From an uncultured Alphaproteobacteria bacterium (GTDB lineage Bacteria; Pseudomonadota; Alphaproteobacteria; Rhizobiales; Xanthobacteraceae): DNA of 64,000 bases. Made by a program: the position numbers and the translations under genes. The DNA lies in assembly GCA_963784005.1 (NCBI GenBank), contig CAWAPT010000015.1, forward strand, positions 6,005 through 70,004, written 5' to 3'. A model generated the notes under the pieces. The model was given only the letters and a program-made list of their open reading frames with translations. It was not told the origin of the DNA and made no database searches. The stretch's first letter is position 1. Each line of letters begins with the position of its first letter. This document shows positions 18,363 to 27,187 of this stretch, piece by piece.

Positions 18363-18441
18363 GGGGGGGTCTTACCAAATGCAGGTCTAGCCGTGATATA
18401 TGTCACCGCCAGGGCCGCTAAAACCCGCACGGAGCGCCAAC

Positions 18442-19398
18442 ATGCCTCGTCACGCCCATTATGTGCCGCACGGCGTCATTCCGGCCGTCTTATTGCCGTT
18501 CGCGGACGACCTTACCATCGACGAAAAGAGCTTCCGCAAACATCTCGCCGACGTGGCGGCGACCGAAGGCCTTTCCGCCGTCACCATCAACGCCCATTCG
18601 ACCGAAGTCGCCTCGTGCAGCTTCGATGAGCAGCGCCAAATTCTCGACATCGCGCAGGACGAGATCGGCGGCCGGCTGCCGATCGTCAATGGCGTATGGG
18701 CCGACGGCAGCCTCGAAGCCGCGCGTATCGCGGGCATGGCGGAGGCGGGCGGCGCCTCCGCGCTCTTGATATTCCCGCCGGCGCCGTTCACGCTGGGCCA
18801 GTCGCCGGCCATGGCGGTTGAGCACTTCAAGCGGATCGCCGACGCCACGAGCCTGCCGCTGATCGCGTTCCAATACCCGCTGGCGACCGGCCAGGGCTAT
18901 CCGCGCGACACGCTCCTCAAAATGATCGAGGAGGTGCCGACCATCCGCGCCATCAAGGACTGGGCCGGCAATGTGCCGCAGCACGAGATGCATATCCGCG
19001 AGCTGCAGGGCCTCAAGCGGCAGGTCAATGTGCTGACGACCCACAGCGCCTGGCTTCTCAGCTCTCTGGTGCTCGGCTGCAACGGGCTCCTGTCCGGCTC
19101 CGGCAGCGTCATTCCCGACCTTCAGGCGGCGATGTTCCGGGCGGTGCGCGCAGGCGACCTCGCCGAGGCGAAACGGCTCAACGACCGCATTTATCCGCTG
19201 GCGCGGGTGTTCTATGCCGATCCGTGGGTGGACATGCACAACCGCATGAAGGAAGCGCTGGTCTTGCTGGGCCGCCTGCCGCGCGCCGTGGTGCGGCCGC
19301 CTTTGGTCAAGATCGGCCGCGCCGAGATCGAGCGCATCCGCGCCGCTCTGGTCGAGGCTGGGCTGCTGGCGCCGAAAGCCAATAGGGACGCCGCATAA
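18442..19398 (+). CDS. dihydrodipicolinate synthase / N-acetylneuraminate lyase family protein
   Basis: GVIPAVLLPFADDLTIDEKSFRKHL ... overall class I aldolase (DapA-family) pattern. The ATG at 18442 is preferred over 18400. Confidence 0.8.
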   Translation: MPRHAHYVPHGVIPAVLLPFADDLTIDEKSFRKHLADVAATEGLSAVTINAHSTEVASCSFDEQRQILDIAQDEIGGRLPIVNGVWADGSLEAARIAGMAEAGGASALLIFPPAPFTLGQSPAMAVEHFKRIADATSLPLIAFQYPLATGQGYPRDTLLKMIEEVPTIRAIKDWAGNVPQHEMHIRELQGLKRQVNVLTTHSAWLLSSLVLGCNGLLSGSGSVIPDLQAAMFRAVRAGDLAEAKRLNDRIYPLARVFYADPWVDMHNRMKEALVLLGRLPRAVVRPPLVKIGRAEIERIRAALVEAGLLAPKANRDAA

Positions 19399-19474
19399 TT
19401 GCTCCCCCTCTCCCGGAACGGAAGAGGGGAGTTGTCGCCTTGAATTACCCGAGCCTTTCGGACAAATTGCCGCC

Positions 19475-19732
19475 GTGATGAACAGCACTCAACCGCCGCG
19501 CTCCCGCCGCATTCTCTGGCCGAACATCCTGACCGTGGTCAGCGCGGCGATTTTGATCAGCGCCGAAGTGTTCGGCGCGGCCTTCGCCGGCAGCTGGGCG
19601 ATCGCCAACCTGTTTGCGCTCGGCACGCTGGGCGCCCGCGTGCTCGACGGGCTCTTCATCCTGTGCGGGATCGCGGTGATGGTGCAGTTTTTGCGCGCCG
19701 CGCGCCGCGTCGAACCGTTCTCGGCGGACTGA
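19475..19732 (+). CDS. hypothetical small membrane protein
   Basis: 85 aa with 2-3 hydrophobic helices and GC3-rich codons. I do not recognise the family. Confidence 0.4.
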   Translation: MMNSTQPPRSRRILWPNILTVVSAAILISAEVFGAAFAGSWAIANLFALGTLGARVLDGLFILCGIAVMVQFLRAARRVEPFSAD

Positions 19733-19759
19733 CGCGCGCCGCGTGGCGCCAATTCACAG

Positions 19760-20216
19760 CCGCGTCGCGAATTTACATTTCCTTAAGACTAAAAAGCTTG
19801 CGCCCCTGGGCAAAATCCCTTATTGCCGTTTTGCCCAATTTCGCACGTGCCTGTGGCCGTGTGTCGGTCGGTGGGTATCCGGACAAGAGGCCGGACAGCC
19901 GCCTAAGGAAGAGACGCTACTTCCTTGCTCATGCGACCGGCAGCCGGAGGCGAAACCGGCAATGCCCGCTCTCCACGGGCGACGCGGCTTAAAGCAACGA
20001 CGGAAGGGCTTTTTTGGTTACTGCCCGGCGCCAATGCCGGGGATACCGAAAGGGCTTGTCCTTCTTTGCCAGCAGTGCGGAACGGGATTTCCCTCATCCG
20101 GACCAAGGCAGCAATCACGGCGACGGCAGTGCTCCGCGCGTCCGCGGAACCACGGCTGCCGCAGTAGGTTCACCTCGGCGGCTGCGCCGCCGGCCCGGAT
20201 AGGGAGTTATTTCGAT
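19760..20216 (+). promoter_or_regulatory. long structured 5' leader of the ornithine decarboxylase gene; candidate speF-type leader RNA
   Basis: About 470 nt without a credible ORF, rich in local hairpins (for example GCCCG-CTCTCCA-CGGGC and CGGCGG-CTGC-GCCGCCG). The alphaproteobacterial speF RNA motif is defined by exactly this position upstream of ODC genes. I did not check it against the consensus. Confidence 0.35.
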
Positions 20217-21347
20217 ATGACGGCACGCATCCGCGAATTCCTCAAGCAACGCACCGATCTCGGACCCTGCCTCGTCGTCGATCTCAACGTCGTGCGCGAG
20301 AACTATCAGAACTTCGCCAAGGCCTTGCCGGACACCAAGGTGTTCTACGCCGTGAAGGCCAATCCGGCGCCGGAAATCCTCAAGCTTTTGGCCGGGCTCG
20401 GCTGCTGCTTCAACGTCGCCTCGGTGAGCGAGACGCAGGACGCGCTCGCCGCGGGCGCTTCGCCCGACCGCATCTCCTACGGCAATACCATCAAGAAAGA
20501 GACCGAGATCGCGGAAGCCTTCCGGCTCGGCGTCACGCTGTTCGCGATCGATTGCGAGGCCGAGATCGAGAAGGTGGCGCGCGCCGCCCCCGGCAGCCGC
20601 GTCATCTGCCGCATCCATTGCGACGGCTCGGGCTCCGAATGGCCGCTATCGCGCAAATTCGGCTGCGAGCCGGACTATGCCACCGACATTTTGGAACTCG
20701 CGCATAAGCGCGGGCTCGTCCCGTACGGCATCTCATTCCATGTCGGCTCGCAGCAGCACAATGTCGAGGCCTGGGACCGCGCGCTGGCTTCGACCGCGGC
20801 GATTTTCCGCTCCTGCGCCGAGCGCGGCATTAGCCTCGCCATGGTCAATCTCGGCGGCGGCTTCCCGGCGAAATACATCCGCAAGACGCCGAAGCTCGAG
20901 AGCTACGGCAAGGCGATCTTCAAGGCACTGCGCAAGCATTTCGGCAATAATCTGCCCAACACCATTGTCGAGCCCGGCCGCGGCCTGGTTGGCAATGCCG
21001 GCGTCATCGAGGCTGAGGTGGTGCTGATCGCCAAGCGCAGTCCCGAGGACGAGGTGCGCTGGGTCTATCTCGACATCGGCAAGTTCCATGGCCTGGCCGA
21101 GACCATCGGCGAATCGATCCGCTACCCGATCCGCACCACCCACGATCGCGACGAGATGGTGCCGTGCATCATTGCCGGTCCGACCTGCAACTCGGTCGAT
21201 GTCCTATACGAAAAGACACCCTATCCGCTGCCGGTCACGCTTGCCATCGGCGACAAGGTGCTGATCGAGGCGGCCGGTGCTTACACCGCGACCTATTCGT
21301 CGGTCGGCTTCAACGGCTACCCGCCGCTGCGGCAATATGTGATCTGA
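20217..21347 (+). CDS. ornithine/lysine decarboxylase (alanine-racemase-fold, eukaryote-type ODC)
   Basis: PLP lysine motif FYAVKANP, plus HVGSQQ, NLGGGFP and the CIIAGPTCNSVD active-site Cys. Start is at ATG 20217; the upstream 158 codons of the track ORF are Arg/Pro-rich junk. Confidence 0.9.
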   Translation: MTARIREFLKQRTDLGPCLVVDLNVVRENYQNFAKALPDTKVFYAVKANPAPEILKLLAGLGCCFNVASVSETQDALAAGASPDRISYGNTIKKETEIAEAFRLGVTLFAIDCEAEIEKVARAAPGSRVICRIHCDGSGSEWPLSRKFGCEPDYATDILELAHKRGLVPYGISFHVGSQQHNVEAWDRALASTAAIFRSCAERGISLAMVNLGGGFPAKYIRKTPKLESYGKAIFKALRKHFGNNLPNTIVEPGRGLVGNAGVIEAEVVLIAKRSPEDEVRWVYLDIGKFHGLAETIGESIRYPIRTTHDRDEMVPCIIAGPTCNSVDVLYEKTPYPLPVTLAIGDKVLIEAAGAYTATYSSVGFNGYPPLRQYVI

Positions 21348-21354
21348 TCTTATT

Positions 21355-21381
21355 CCCCTCCCCGCGCGCGGGAGGGGTTTT
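21355..21381. terminator. bidirectional rho-independent terminator between convergent genes
   Basis: CCCCTCCC-GCGCGCG-GGAGGGG hairpin followed by TTTT. It lies 8 nt after the ODC stop and abuts the stop of the minus-strand gene. Confidence 0.55.
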
Positions 21382-21382
21382 C

Positions 21383-21661
21383 CTATTTTGGCTGAACGCT
21401 CGGATCGCCGCCCGGACTGCCGGGCGGCGGGATCACCGGCATCTTGCCGGCCGGCGGCGTCGGCGCTTTCATGCCGGGATCGACATTGGGCGGGCAGATG
21501 ACGCCGTTCGACCGATCGAGCTTGTCGCTCAAAGTCTGATTGGGCGAACTGCGCGCGTCGGGTGCACACGCCTTCGGGTCGGTGTTTTGCGCTTGGGCAG
21601 ATACCGCCAGAGCAAGCGTAAGCGCCAGCGCGACAAAGGATTTTAGCGTGGTCGCGTCCAT
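21383..21661 (-). CDS. small secreted Pro-rich protein
   Basis: MDATTLKSFVALALTLALAVSAQA signal peptide, two Cys, and a Pro/Gly-rich tail. The track ORF 21383-22402 overlaps the WD40 gene out of frame, so the internal start was chosen. Confidence 0.5.
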   Translation of the reverse strand: MDATTLKSFVALALTLALAVSAQAQNTDPKACAPDARSSPNQTLSDKLDRSNGVICPPNVDPGMKAPTPPAGKMPVIPPPGSPGGDPSVQPK

Positions 21662-21711
21662 AAACACGATAACGGCCGGCCAGGAGCGCAGTTCCGGCGA
21701 TCTCCGGCAAG

Positions 21712-22743
21712 TCACGCCAGATCGATGATTCCGGCCTCGCCACTCTCGGTGCCGAAGGCGAGCAGAAGGCCATCTTCGCTCCAGGCCAGCGCCGTGACCG
21801 GCGCATCGCCCGGCTTCTTGGCTAAAATTTCGGCGCCGTCGTCGATGCGCAGCAGCAGCACCAGGCCGTCGCCATAGCCGGCGGCGACGATGTCTTGCTT
21901 GGGGTGGCAGGCGACCACCGCGATGCGGTGCTCGGAGGGCGCCAGCACGCGCGGTTGCTTGCCCATCGGGCCGTCTTTCGACTGGAACGGCCACAGAATG
22001 AGCTGCGTCGCGCCGGAGGTCGCCAGGAAGTTGCCGCCGGCGGTCCAGCCGAACGAGGTGACTCGCGCGGCATAGCCGGACATGCGCATGTGCTGGCGAT
22101 CCATCAGGCGCCAGCCGTGCAGCATCGGCTCTTGCATGGTGGTGACGAGAAACCGGCCGTCCGGGCTCACCGTGGCGCCGAGATGCGAGCCTTTCCATTC
22201 GAGCTTTTCCGGCGTGGCGCCCACCGCATTGGGAAACCACAGCGTGGCGCCATTGTAATGCGCAACGGCAAGCCGAAAGCCCTTGGGCAAAAAGACAAGG
22301 CCGCCGACACTCGACGGCGCCTCGAATTGCCGTGCCGCCTCCTCGCTTCCCCGCGAGCGCGCAGCGCGGGGGAGCACGAACGCCGTCTTGCCGGCCGACC
22401 ACGCCACCGCGCCGTCCGGCCCGAGCGCGACATGATCGATCCAGCGATGCTTAGGGTCGGTTGTGAGCGAGCGGCTTTCGCCGCTGACGTCGGTTTCTAC
22501 AACTTTGCCATCGTCGCCGCCCGAGACGATGCGCAAATCTCCGACGGCGGTCGCCAGTATCGCGCCGCCGTGAACGGCGACCTTTTTGGTTTCACCGCGC
22601 GGCGCGGCGAGTACCATGGCTTCCTCCGCCAACACAAATACCGCCATGCGCCCAAGAAAATGCGCAGCGACAACCGCGCCGCCCGCGGCGATCGACCGCG
22701 TGCGTTCGACGACGGAAACGGTTTCGCTGCGGGCGTCGCTCAT
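21712..22743 (-). CDS. WD40 / beta-propeller repeat protein, translationally coupled to the COG0523 GTPase
   Basis: Repeated blades such as VSGGDDGKVV, TVSPDGRFLVTT, LATSGATQLILW, VAAGYGDGLVLLL and LAFGTESGEAGIIDL, with no signal peptide. ATG 22743 is 1 nt after the upstream stop (TGAtATG). An alternative ATG at 22764 overlaps the upstream gene by 20 nt. Confidence 0.75.
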   Translation of the reverse strand: MSDARSETVSVVERTRSIAAGGAVVAAHFLGRMAVFVLAEEAMVLAAPRGETKKVAVHGGAILATAVGDLRIVSGGDDGKVVETDVSGESRSLTTDPKHRWIDHVALGPDGAVAWSAGKTAFVLPRAARSRGSEEAARQFEAPSSVGGLVFLPKGFRLAVAHYNGATLWFPNAVGATPEKLEWKGSHLGATVSPDGRFLVTTMQEPMLHGWRLMDRQHMRMSGYAARVTSFGWTAGGNFLATSGATQLILWPFQSKDGPMGKQPRVLAPSEHRIAVVACHPKQDIVAAGYGDGLVLLLRIDDGAEILAKKPGDAPVTALAWSEDGLLLAFGTESGEAGIIDLA

Positions 22744-22744
22744 A

Positions 22745-23821
22745 TCAAGCGATGCAGTTCTCAAACCCTTCGGTGATCTTCTTGCCGGGCAGATTGCGGC
22801 CGATGAAGACGATGCGGCTTTGCCGTTTCTCGTCCTTGGTCCAGGGCCGCTGATGATCGCCGTCGAGGATCATGTGCACGCCCTGGAATACGAAGCGTTC
22901 GTCGTCATTCTTGAAAGCGAGAATGCCCTTGCAGCGCAGAATGCTGGGGCCTTCCTTTTGCACCAGATCCTGCACCCACGGGAAAAACTTGTCCGGATCG
23001 AGCGGCTTGTCGGTTTTCAGCGAAATCGATTGCATGTCTTCGTCGTGGTAATGCTTGAGCCCGCCATGCGAGTGTGCGTGGCCGTGAGCATGATGGTCGT
23101 GATCATGGCCATGATCGTGGTGGTGATCGTGATCGTCGCCTTCGAGGAATTCCGGCTCAAGATCGAGGATGCGGTCGAGATCGAAGGCATTGCGGCCCAA
23201 AACCTCCTGCAACGGGATTTGGGCCCGCTGCGTCTTGTGCACTTTGGCATAAGGATTGATGCCGCGGATACGCGCCTCGACCTCCGCGAGCTCGGCGGCG
23301 GAGACGAGATCGGTCTTGTTGATCAGGATGACGTCGGCAAAGGCGATCTGGTTCTTGGCCTCGGGCGCGTCCTTGAGCCGGTCGTTGAGCCACTTGGCGT
23401 CGGCGACAGTCACCACCGCGTCGAGCCTGGTCTTGCGGCCGACATTCTCGTCGATGAAGAAAGTCTGCGCCACCGGCGCCGGATCGGCCAGGCCCGTGGT
23501 CTCGACAATGATGGCGTCGAACTTGCCCTTGCGCCGCATCAAGCCGTCGAGGATGCGCACGAGGTCGCCGCGCACGGTGCAGCAGATGCAGCCGTTGTTC
23601 ATCTCGAACACTTCCTCGTCGGCGCCGACGACGAGATCGTTGTCGATGCCGATTTCGCCGAATTCATTGACGATCACCGCGTATTTCTTGCCGTGCGGCT
23701 CCGACAGGATGCGGTTGAGCAATGTGGTCTTGCCGGCGCCGAGGTAGCCGGTCAGCACCGTGACCGGAACCTTTTCCTGCACCTTGTCTTGGATTTTTTC
23801 GGATGAAGCTGGTTCGGACAT
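22745..23821 (-). CDS. COG0523 (CobW/YeiR/ZigA-type) zinc metallochaperone GTPase
   Basis: Walker A GYLGAGKTTLLN, CxCC motif NGCICCTVRGDL, NKTD, and a His-rich insert EGDDHDHHHDHGHDHDHHAHGHAHSHGG. Confidence 0.9.
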   Translation of the reverse strand: MSEPASSEKIQDKVQEKVPVTVLTGYLGAGKTTLLNRILSEPHGKKYAVIVNEFGEIGIDNDLVVGADEEVFEMNNGCICCTVRGDLVRILDGLMRRKGKFDAIIVETTGLADPAPVAQTFFIDENVGRKTRLDAVVTVADAKWLNDRLKDAPEAKNQIAFADVILINKTDLVSAAELAEVEARIRGINPYAKVHKTQRAQIPLQEVLGRNAFDLDRILDLEPEFLEGDDHDHHHDHGHDHDHHAHGHAHSHGGLKHYHDEDMQSISLKTDKPLDPDKFFPWVQDLVQKEGPSILRCKGILAFKNDDERFVFQGVHMILDGDHQRPWTKDEKRQSRIVFIGRNLPGKKITEGFENCIA

Positions 23822-23877
23822 GCGGCCCTCCTGCGGCCTATATAGGCAATCCCGCGCCGTCTCAAAACCCGTTCAGG

Positions 23878-24747
23878 TCAGGCCTCGAGATGGCGCCGCG
23901 GCAAGGCAAGCCAGATCAGCCCGCCGAACGGTCCGGCCACGACCGACAGCGCATAGAGCGCGCCCGCCACCAGAATGATGGCCGGGCCGGACGGCAGATC
24001 GGCGTGATAGGAAACCAGCAGCCCTACATAGCCCGAGATTGCGGCCGCCACCACCGCCACCGCGATCATGCCGGCGATATCGCGCGCCCAGAACCGCGAG
24101 ATCACCGCCGGCAGCATCATGATGCCCACGGCAAGCAGTGTGCCGAGCGCCTGAAAGCCGCCGACCAGGTTTAGGACCACGAGGGCAAGGAAAGCGATAT
24201 GCGCGGCGACGCCGGCGCGGCTTACCGAGCGCAAAAATCCGGGATCGACGCATTCGAGCACCAAGGGCCGCCAGATCAGCGCCAGCACGATGAGCGACAC
24301 CGAGGTGATGCCGACGATGAGCAAGAGCGTCGGATCGTCGACCGCAAGCACCGAGCCGAACAAAAAGTGCATCAGGTCGATATTGTTGCCCTTGACCGAC
24401 ACGATGGTGACGCCGAGAGCGAGCGACACCAGAAAGAAGGCGGCGAGCGCCGCGTCCTCTTTCAGCGGCGTCGCCCGCGCGATCAGTCCGGCGCCGATAG
24501 CGATGAGGAGTCCGGCGATTAATCCGCCGCCCGCCATGGCGAACAAGCTCAAGCCGGCGAGCAGGAATCCGATTGCCGCGCCCGGCAGGATGGCATGCGC
24601 CATGGCGTCGCCGATCAGGCTCATGCGTCGCAGCATTAGGAACACGCCGATCGGCGGCCCGCCAAAGGCCAGCGCGAAGGTGCCGACCAGCGCGCGGCGC
24701 ATGAATTCGAAATCGGCAAATGGAGCGATCAGTGTGTCGTACAGCAT
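23878..24747 (-). CDS. znuB: zinc ABC transporter permease
   Basis: 289 aa ABC-3 family permease (LIGDAMAHAILPGAAIGF), with 8-9 TM segments. Confidence 0.87.
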   Translation of the reverse strand: MLYDTLIAPFADFEFMRRALVGTFALAFGGPPIGVFLMLRRMSLIGDAMAHAILPGAAIGFLLAGLSLFAMAGGGLIAGLLIAIGAGLIARATPLKEDAALAAFFLVSLALGVTIVSVKGNNIDLMHFLFGSVLAVDDPTLLLIVGITSVSLIVLALIWRPLVLECVDPGFLRSVSRAGVAAHIAFLALVVLNLVGGFQALGTLLAVGIMMLPAVISRFWARDIAGMIAVAVVAAAISGYVGLLVSYHADLPSGPAIILVAGALYALSVVAGPFGGLIWLALPRRHLEA

Positions 24748-24760
24748 GATTCCTGTTTTT

Positions 24761-24877
24761 CTCCCTCCCCCTGAAAGGGGGAGGGCGGGGGGTCACGGCC
24801 TCGAAGCTTGCACAGGCGTCGAAGACGAACCCCCGCCGGCTTCGCTTCGCTCGCCACCTCCCCCTTTCAGGGGGAGG
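24761..24877. repeat. family A repeat, inverted relative to the copy at 1559-1680, inside the znuC-znuB intergenic gap
   Basis: CTCCCTCCCCCTGAAAGGGGGAGGG ... CCTCCCCCTTTCAGGGGGAGG. Its reverse complement aligns along the whole length with 1559-1680. Confidence 0.85.
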
Positions 24878-24883
24878 AAAAGA

Positions 24884-25624
24884 TTATTCCGCCGCAACCG
24901 CGCAGGCTTTAGCGCCATCGTCGAATGCCTCGCACATGCGTCGCGCCTTGGTGAGGTTTGCCGCCGTCAGCACCTCACGCGTGGCGCCCCAGGCGACCGG
25001 CTCGCGCGCGAGCAGCAATGTTTCCGGAAAGTTTGCTTTGACGAGATCGGTGTCGTGCAGGGCGGCAAAGACGGTCCGCTTTTCGCCGTGCCAGCGCCGC
25101 ACCAAAGCAAGCAGATCGGCCGAGGTCTTTGCATCGATCGCGGTGAACGGCTCGTCGAGCACGATTACGCGCGCGTCCTGAACCAGGAGCCGCGCGAACA
25201 GCATGCGCTGCATCTGGCCGCCCGAGAGCGTACCGATGGTGCGCTGTTCGAAACCGGTCAGCCCGACGGTGGCGATGGCTGATTCGATCGCCTGGTGATC
25301 CTTGCCGCCGATGCCGCCGAATGCGCCCTTGGTCCGCCACAGCCCCATCGCCACCATGTCATAGACGCCGATTGGAAACGACCGGTCGATTTCCGGTACT
25401 TGCGGCAGGTAGGCGATATCACGGGCATCGCGCCCGTTGCGATCAATCGCGCCGGCGAGCGGTTTGAGCGTACCGACCATGCCTTTGAACAGTGTCGACT
25501 TGCCGGCGCCATTGGGCCCGACCACCGCGATCAGCGCACCGGTCTCGACCGCACCGTCGAGATGATGAACGGCCGGATGCCGGTCGTAGCCCAGCGTGAG
25601 ATTGTGGAAGCGGAATTCGGGCAT
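24884..25624 (-). CDS. znuC: zinc ABC transporter ATP-binding protein
   Basis: Walker A GPNGAGKST, signature LSGGQMQR, and Walker B VIVLDEP. Confidence 0.87.
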   Translation of the reverse strand: MPEFRFHNLTLGYDRHPAVHHLDGAVETGALIAVVGPNGAGKSTLFKGMVGTLKPLAGAIDRNGRDARDIAYLPQVPEIDRSFPIGVYDMVAMGLWRTKGAFGGIGGKDHQAIESAIATVGLTGFEQRTIGTLSGGQMQRMLFARLLVQDARVIVLDEPFTAIDAKTSADLLALVRRWHGEKRTVFAALHDTDLVKANFPETLLLAREPVAWGATREVLTAANLTKARRMCEAFDDGAKACAVAAE

Positions 25625-25628
25625 GGCG

Positions 25629-25781
25629 TCAGCGTGTCGCCCACAAGACCGCGGCCCATATCAGCGCAATCAGAATGCCGGCGAGCAGAAGTCGCTGCGG
25701 CGCCGAAAGCCGCAGCAGCGATGGCGAAATTGCAAGCCGCGGATGCGGCGGTCCGCCGTGACGATGATGGTGATGGGTCAC
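25629..25781 (-). CDS. 50-aa His-rich single-TM mini-protein, first gene of the Zur-controlled operon (GTG start)
   Basis: VTHHHHRHGGPPHPRLAISPSLLRLSAPQRLLLAGILIALIWAAVLWATR. GGGGA lies 4 nt upstream of the GTG, and the stop is 4 nt before the znuC ATG. It is absent from the ORF track because it is under 60 aa. Confidence 0.4.
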   Translation of the reverse strand: MTHHHHRHGGPPHPRLAISPSLLRLSAPQRLLLAGILIALIWAAVLWATR

Positions 25782-25807
25782 AAATTCCCCGGCCGGTGGG
25801 TGAGCCA

Positions 25808-25830
25808 GATATGTTATAATATAACATTAT
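25808..25830. promoter_or_regulatory. Zur box
   Basis: A perfect 17-bp palindrome ATGTTATAATATAACAT at 25811-25827, identical to the core of the enterobacterial Zur consensus GAAATGTTATAWTATAACATTTC. It lies about 30 nt upstream of the first gene of the znu operon. Confidence 0.75.
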
Positions 25831-26121
25831 GCCCGCTTTGTTCCAGCCGCGCTGACGGCCTCTGTCGGCCAAGCTGGGGCAGAAGGCTTGTTCCCCAGAG
25901 TTGGTGGAGGCCATGACCGAGCAAGCGGCCGGCACTGTCTGCTTGGACGAAGTTCTGATCCAACCGGTGCGGGGCCGATGCCACGCTGGCGTTATCCTGC
26001 GGCGGGGATGCGTCACCGCTGCAGCGAACCCGCCGCGGCAACGCATTGATACGGCGGCTTCATTCGCGCTATGAAAAGGCCAAGATCATGCGGCCGCTTA
26101 GGCCTCAGGGGGAGGATAGTC

Positions 26122-27144
26122 ATGAAGTTACAAGTCACCAGACGTACGGCCCTTGGCCTTGCCGCCGCCATGCCAGCCTTGGCCTTCGACCGGCCGGCGC
26201 TCGCCGATCCGCTGATCGTCAAATTCAGCCACGTCGTGTCGCCGGATGCGCCCAAGGGCAAGGCGGCTGTGCTGTTCAAGCAGCTCGCCGAGAAATACAC
26301 CGACGGCAAAGTGACCGTTGAGGTCTATCCGAACTCTTCGCTGTACAAGGACAAGGAGGAGCTGGAGGCCCTGCAGCTCGGCTCCGTGCAGCTGCTGGCG
26401 CCCTCGATCTCCAAATTCGGCCCGCTCGGAGTCAAGGAGTTCGACGTTTTCGATCTGCCGTTCCTGATGAGCGACGATACCCATGCGCGCCAGATGATGG
26501 CGAGCCCGATGATGGCGGAGTTCAACAAGAAGCTCGAGGACAAGGGCGTTACGCCGCTCGCCTATTGGGACAACGGCTCCCATGTCTATACCGCCAACGT
26601 GCCGCTGATCGCACCGGACGATTTTCGCGGCCTGAAAATGCGCATCCAGGGCAGCAAGGTGCTTGACGCCGTGGCGCGGCAACTTGGCGCCATCCCGCAG
26701 ATCATTGCCTTCGGCGAGCTTTATCAGGCGCTGCAAACCGGTGTCGTCGACGGCGAGGACAATGTGCCGTCGAACATCTGGACGCAAAAATTCTATGACG
26801 TGCAGAAATACCTCACGGTGTCGCATCATGGGCGGCTGACTTATTCGCTGATCACCAACAAGAAGTTCTGGGATTCGCTGCCGCCGGATATTCGCCCCGG
26901 TCTCGATCGCGCAGTCAAGGAATCGACCGTGTTCTTCGACGACACCGCGGCGAAGGACAATGTCGATGCGCTCGATCAGATCAAGGCGAGCGGCAAGGTG
27001 CAAATGCACGTCCTGACCGCCACCGAGAAGCAGGCCTGGATCGCGGCGCTGATGCCAGTCCATAAAGAGATGGAAGGCCGCTTCGGCAAGGATTTCATCG
27101 AAAGTGTCTATAAAGCGTCCGGCTTCGTACCGCCGCAGTCCTAA
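26122..27144 (+). CDS. dctP: TRAP transporter substrate-binding protein
   Basis: MKLQVTRRTALGLAAAMPALA signal, then a DctP-family fold (VKFSHVVSPDAPKG ... LRIQGSKV). GGAGGA Shine-Dalgarno before ATG 26122. Confidence 0.87.
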   Translation: MKLQVTRRTALGLAAAMPALAFDRPALADPLIVKFSHVVSPDAPKGKAAVLFKQLAEKYTDGKVTVEVYPNSSLYKDKEELEALQLGSVQLLAPSISKFGPLGVKEFDVFDLPFLMSDDTHARQMMASPMMAEFNKKLEDKGVTPLAYWDNGSHVYTANVPLIAPDDFRGLKMRIQGSKVLDAVARQLGAIPQIIAFGELYQALQTGVVDGEDNVPSNIWTQKFYDVQKYLTVSHHGRLTYSLITNKKFWDSLPPDIRPGLDRAVKESTVFFDDTAAKDNVDALDQIKASGKVQMHVLTATEKQAWIAALMPVHKEMEGRFGKDFIESVYKASGFVPPQS

Positions 27145-27187
27145 AGGCCGCGTAGTCCCTCCGCGTGGGGCGGGAGGGATTTAGCTT

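Noticed and set aside
19399-19474. Hairpin CTCCCCCTCT...AGAGGGGAG after the DapA-family gene, considered as a terminator.
   Set aside because: The stem has a bulge and no U-tract follows. It could equally be a fragment of the family A repeat.
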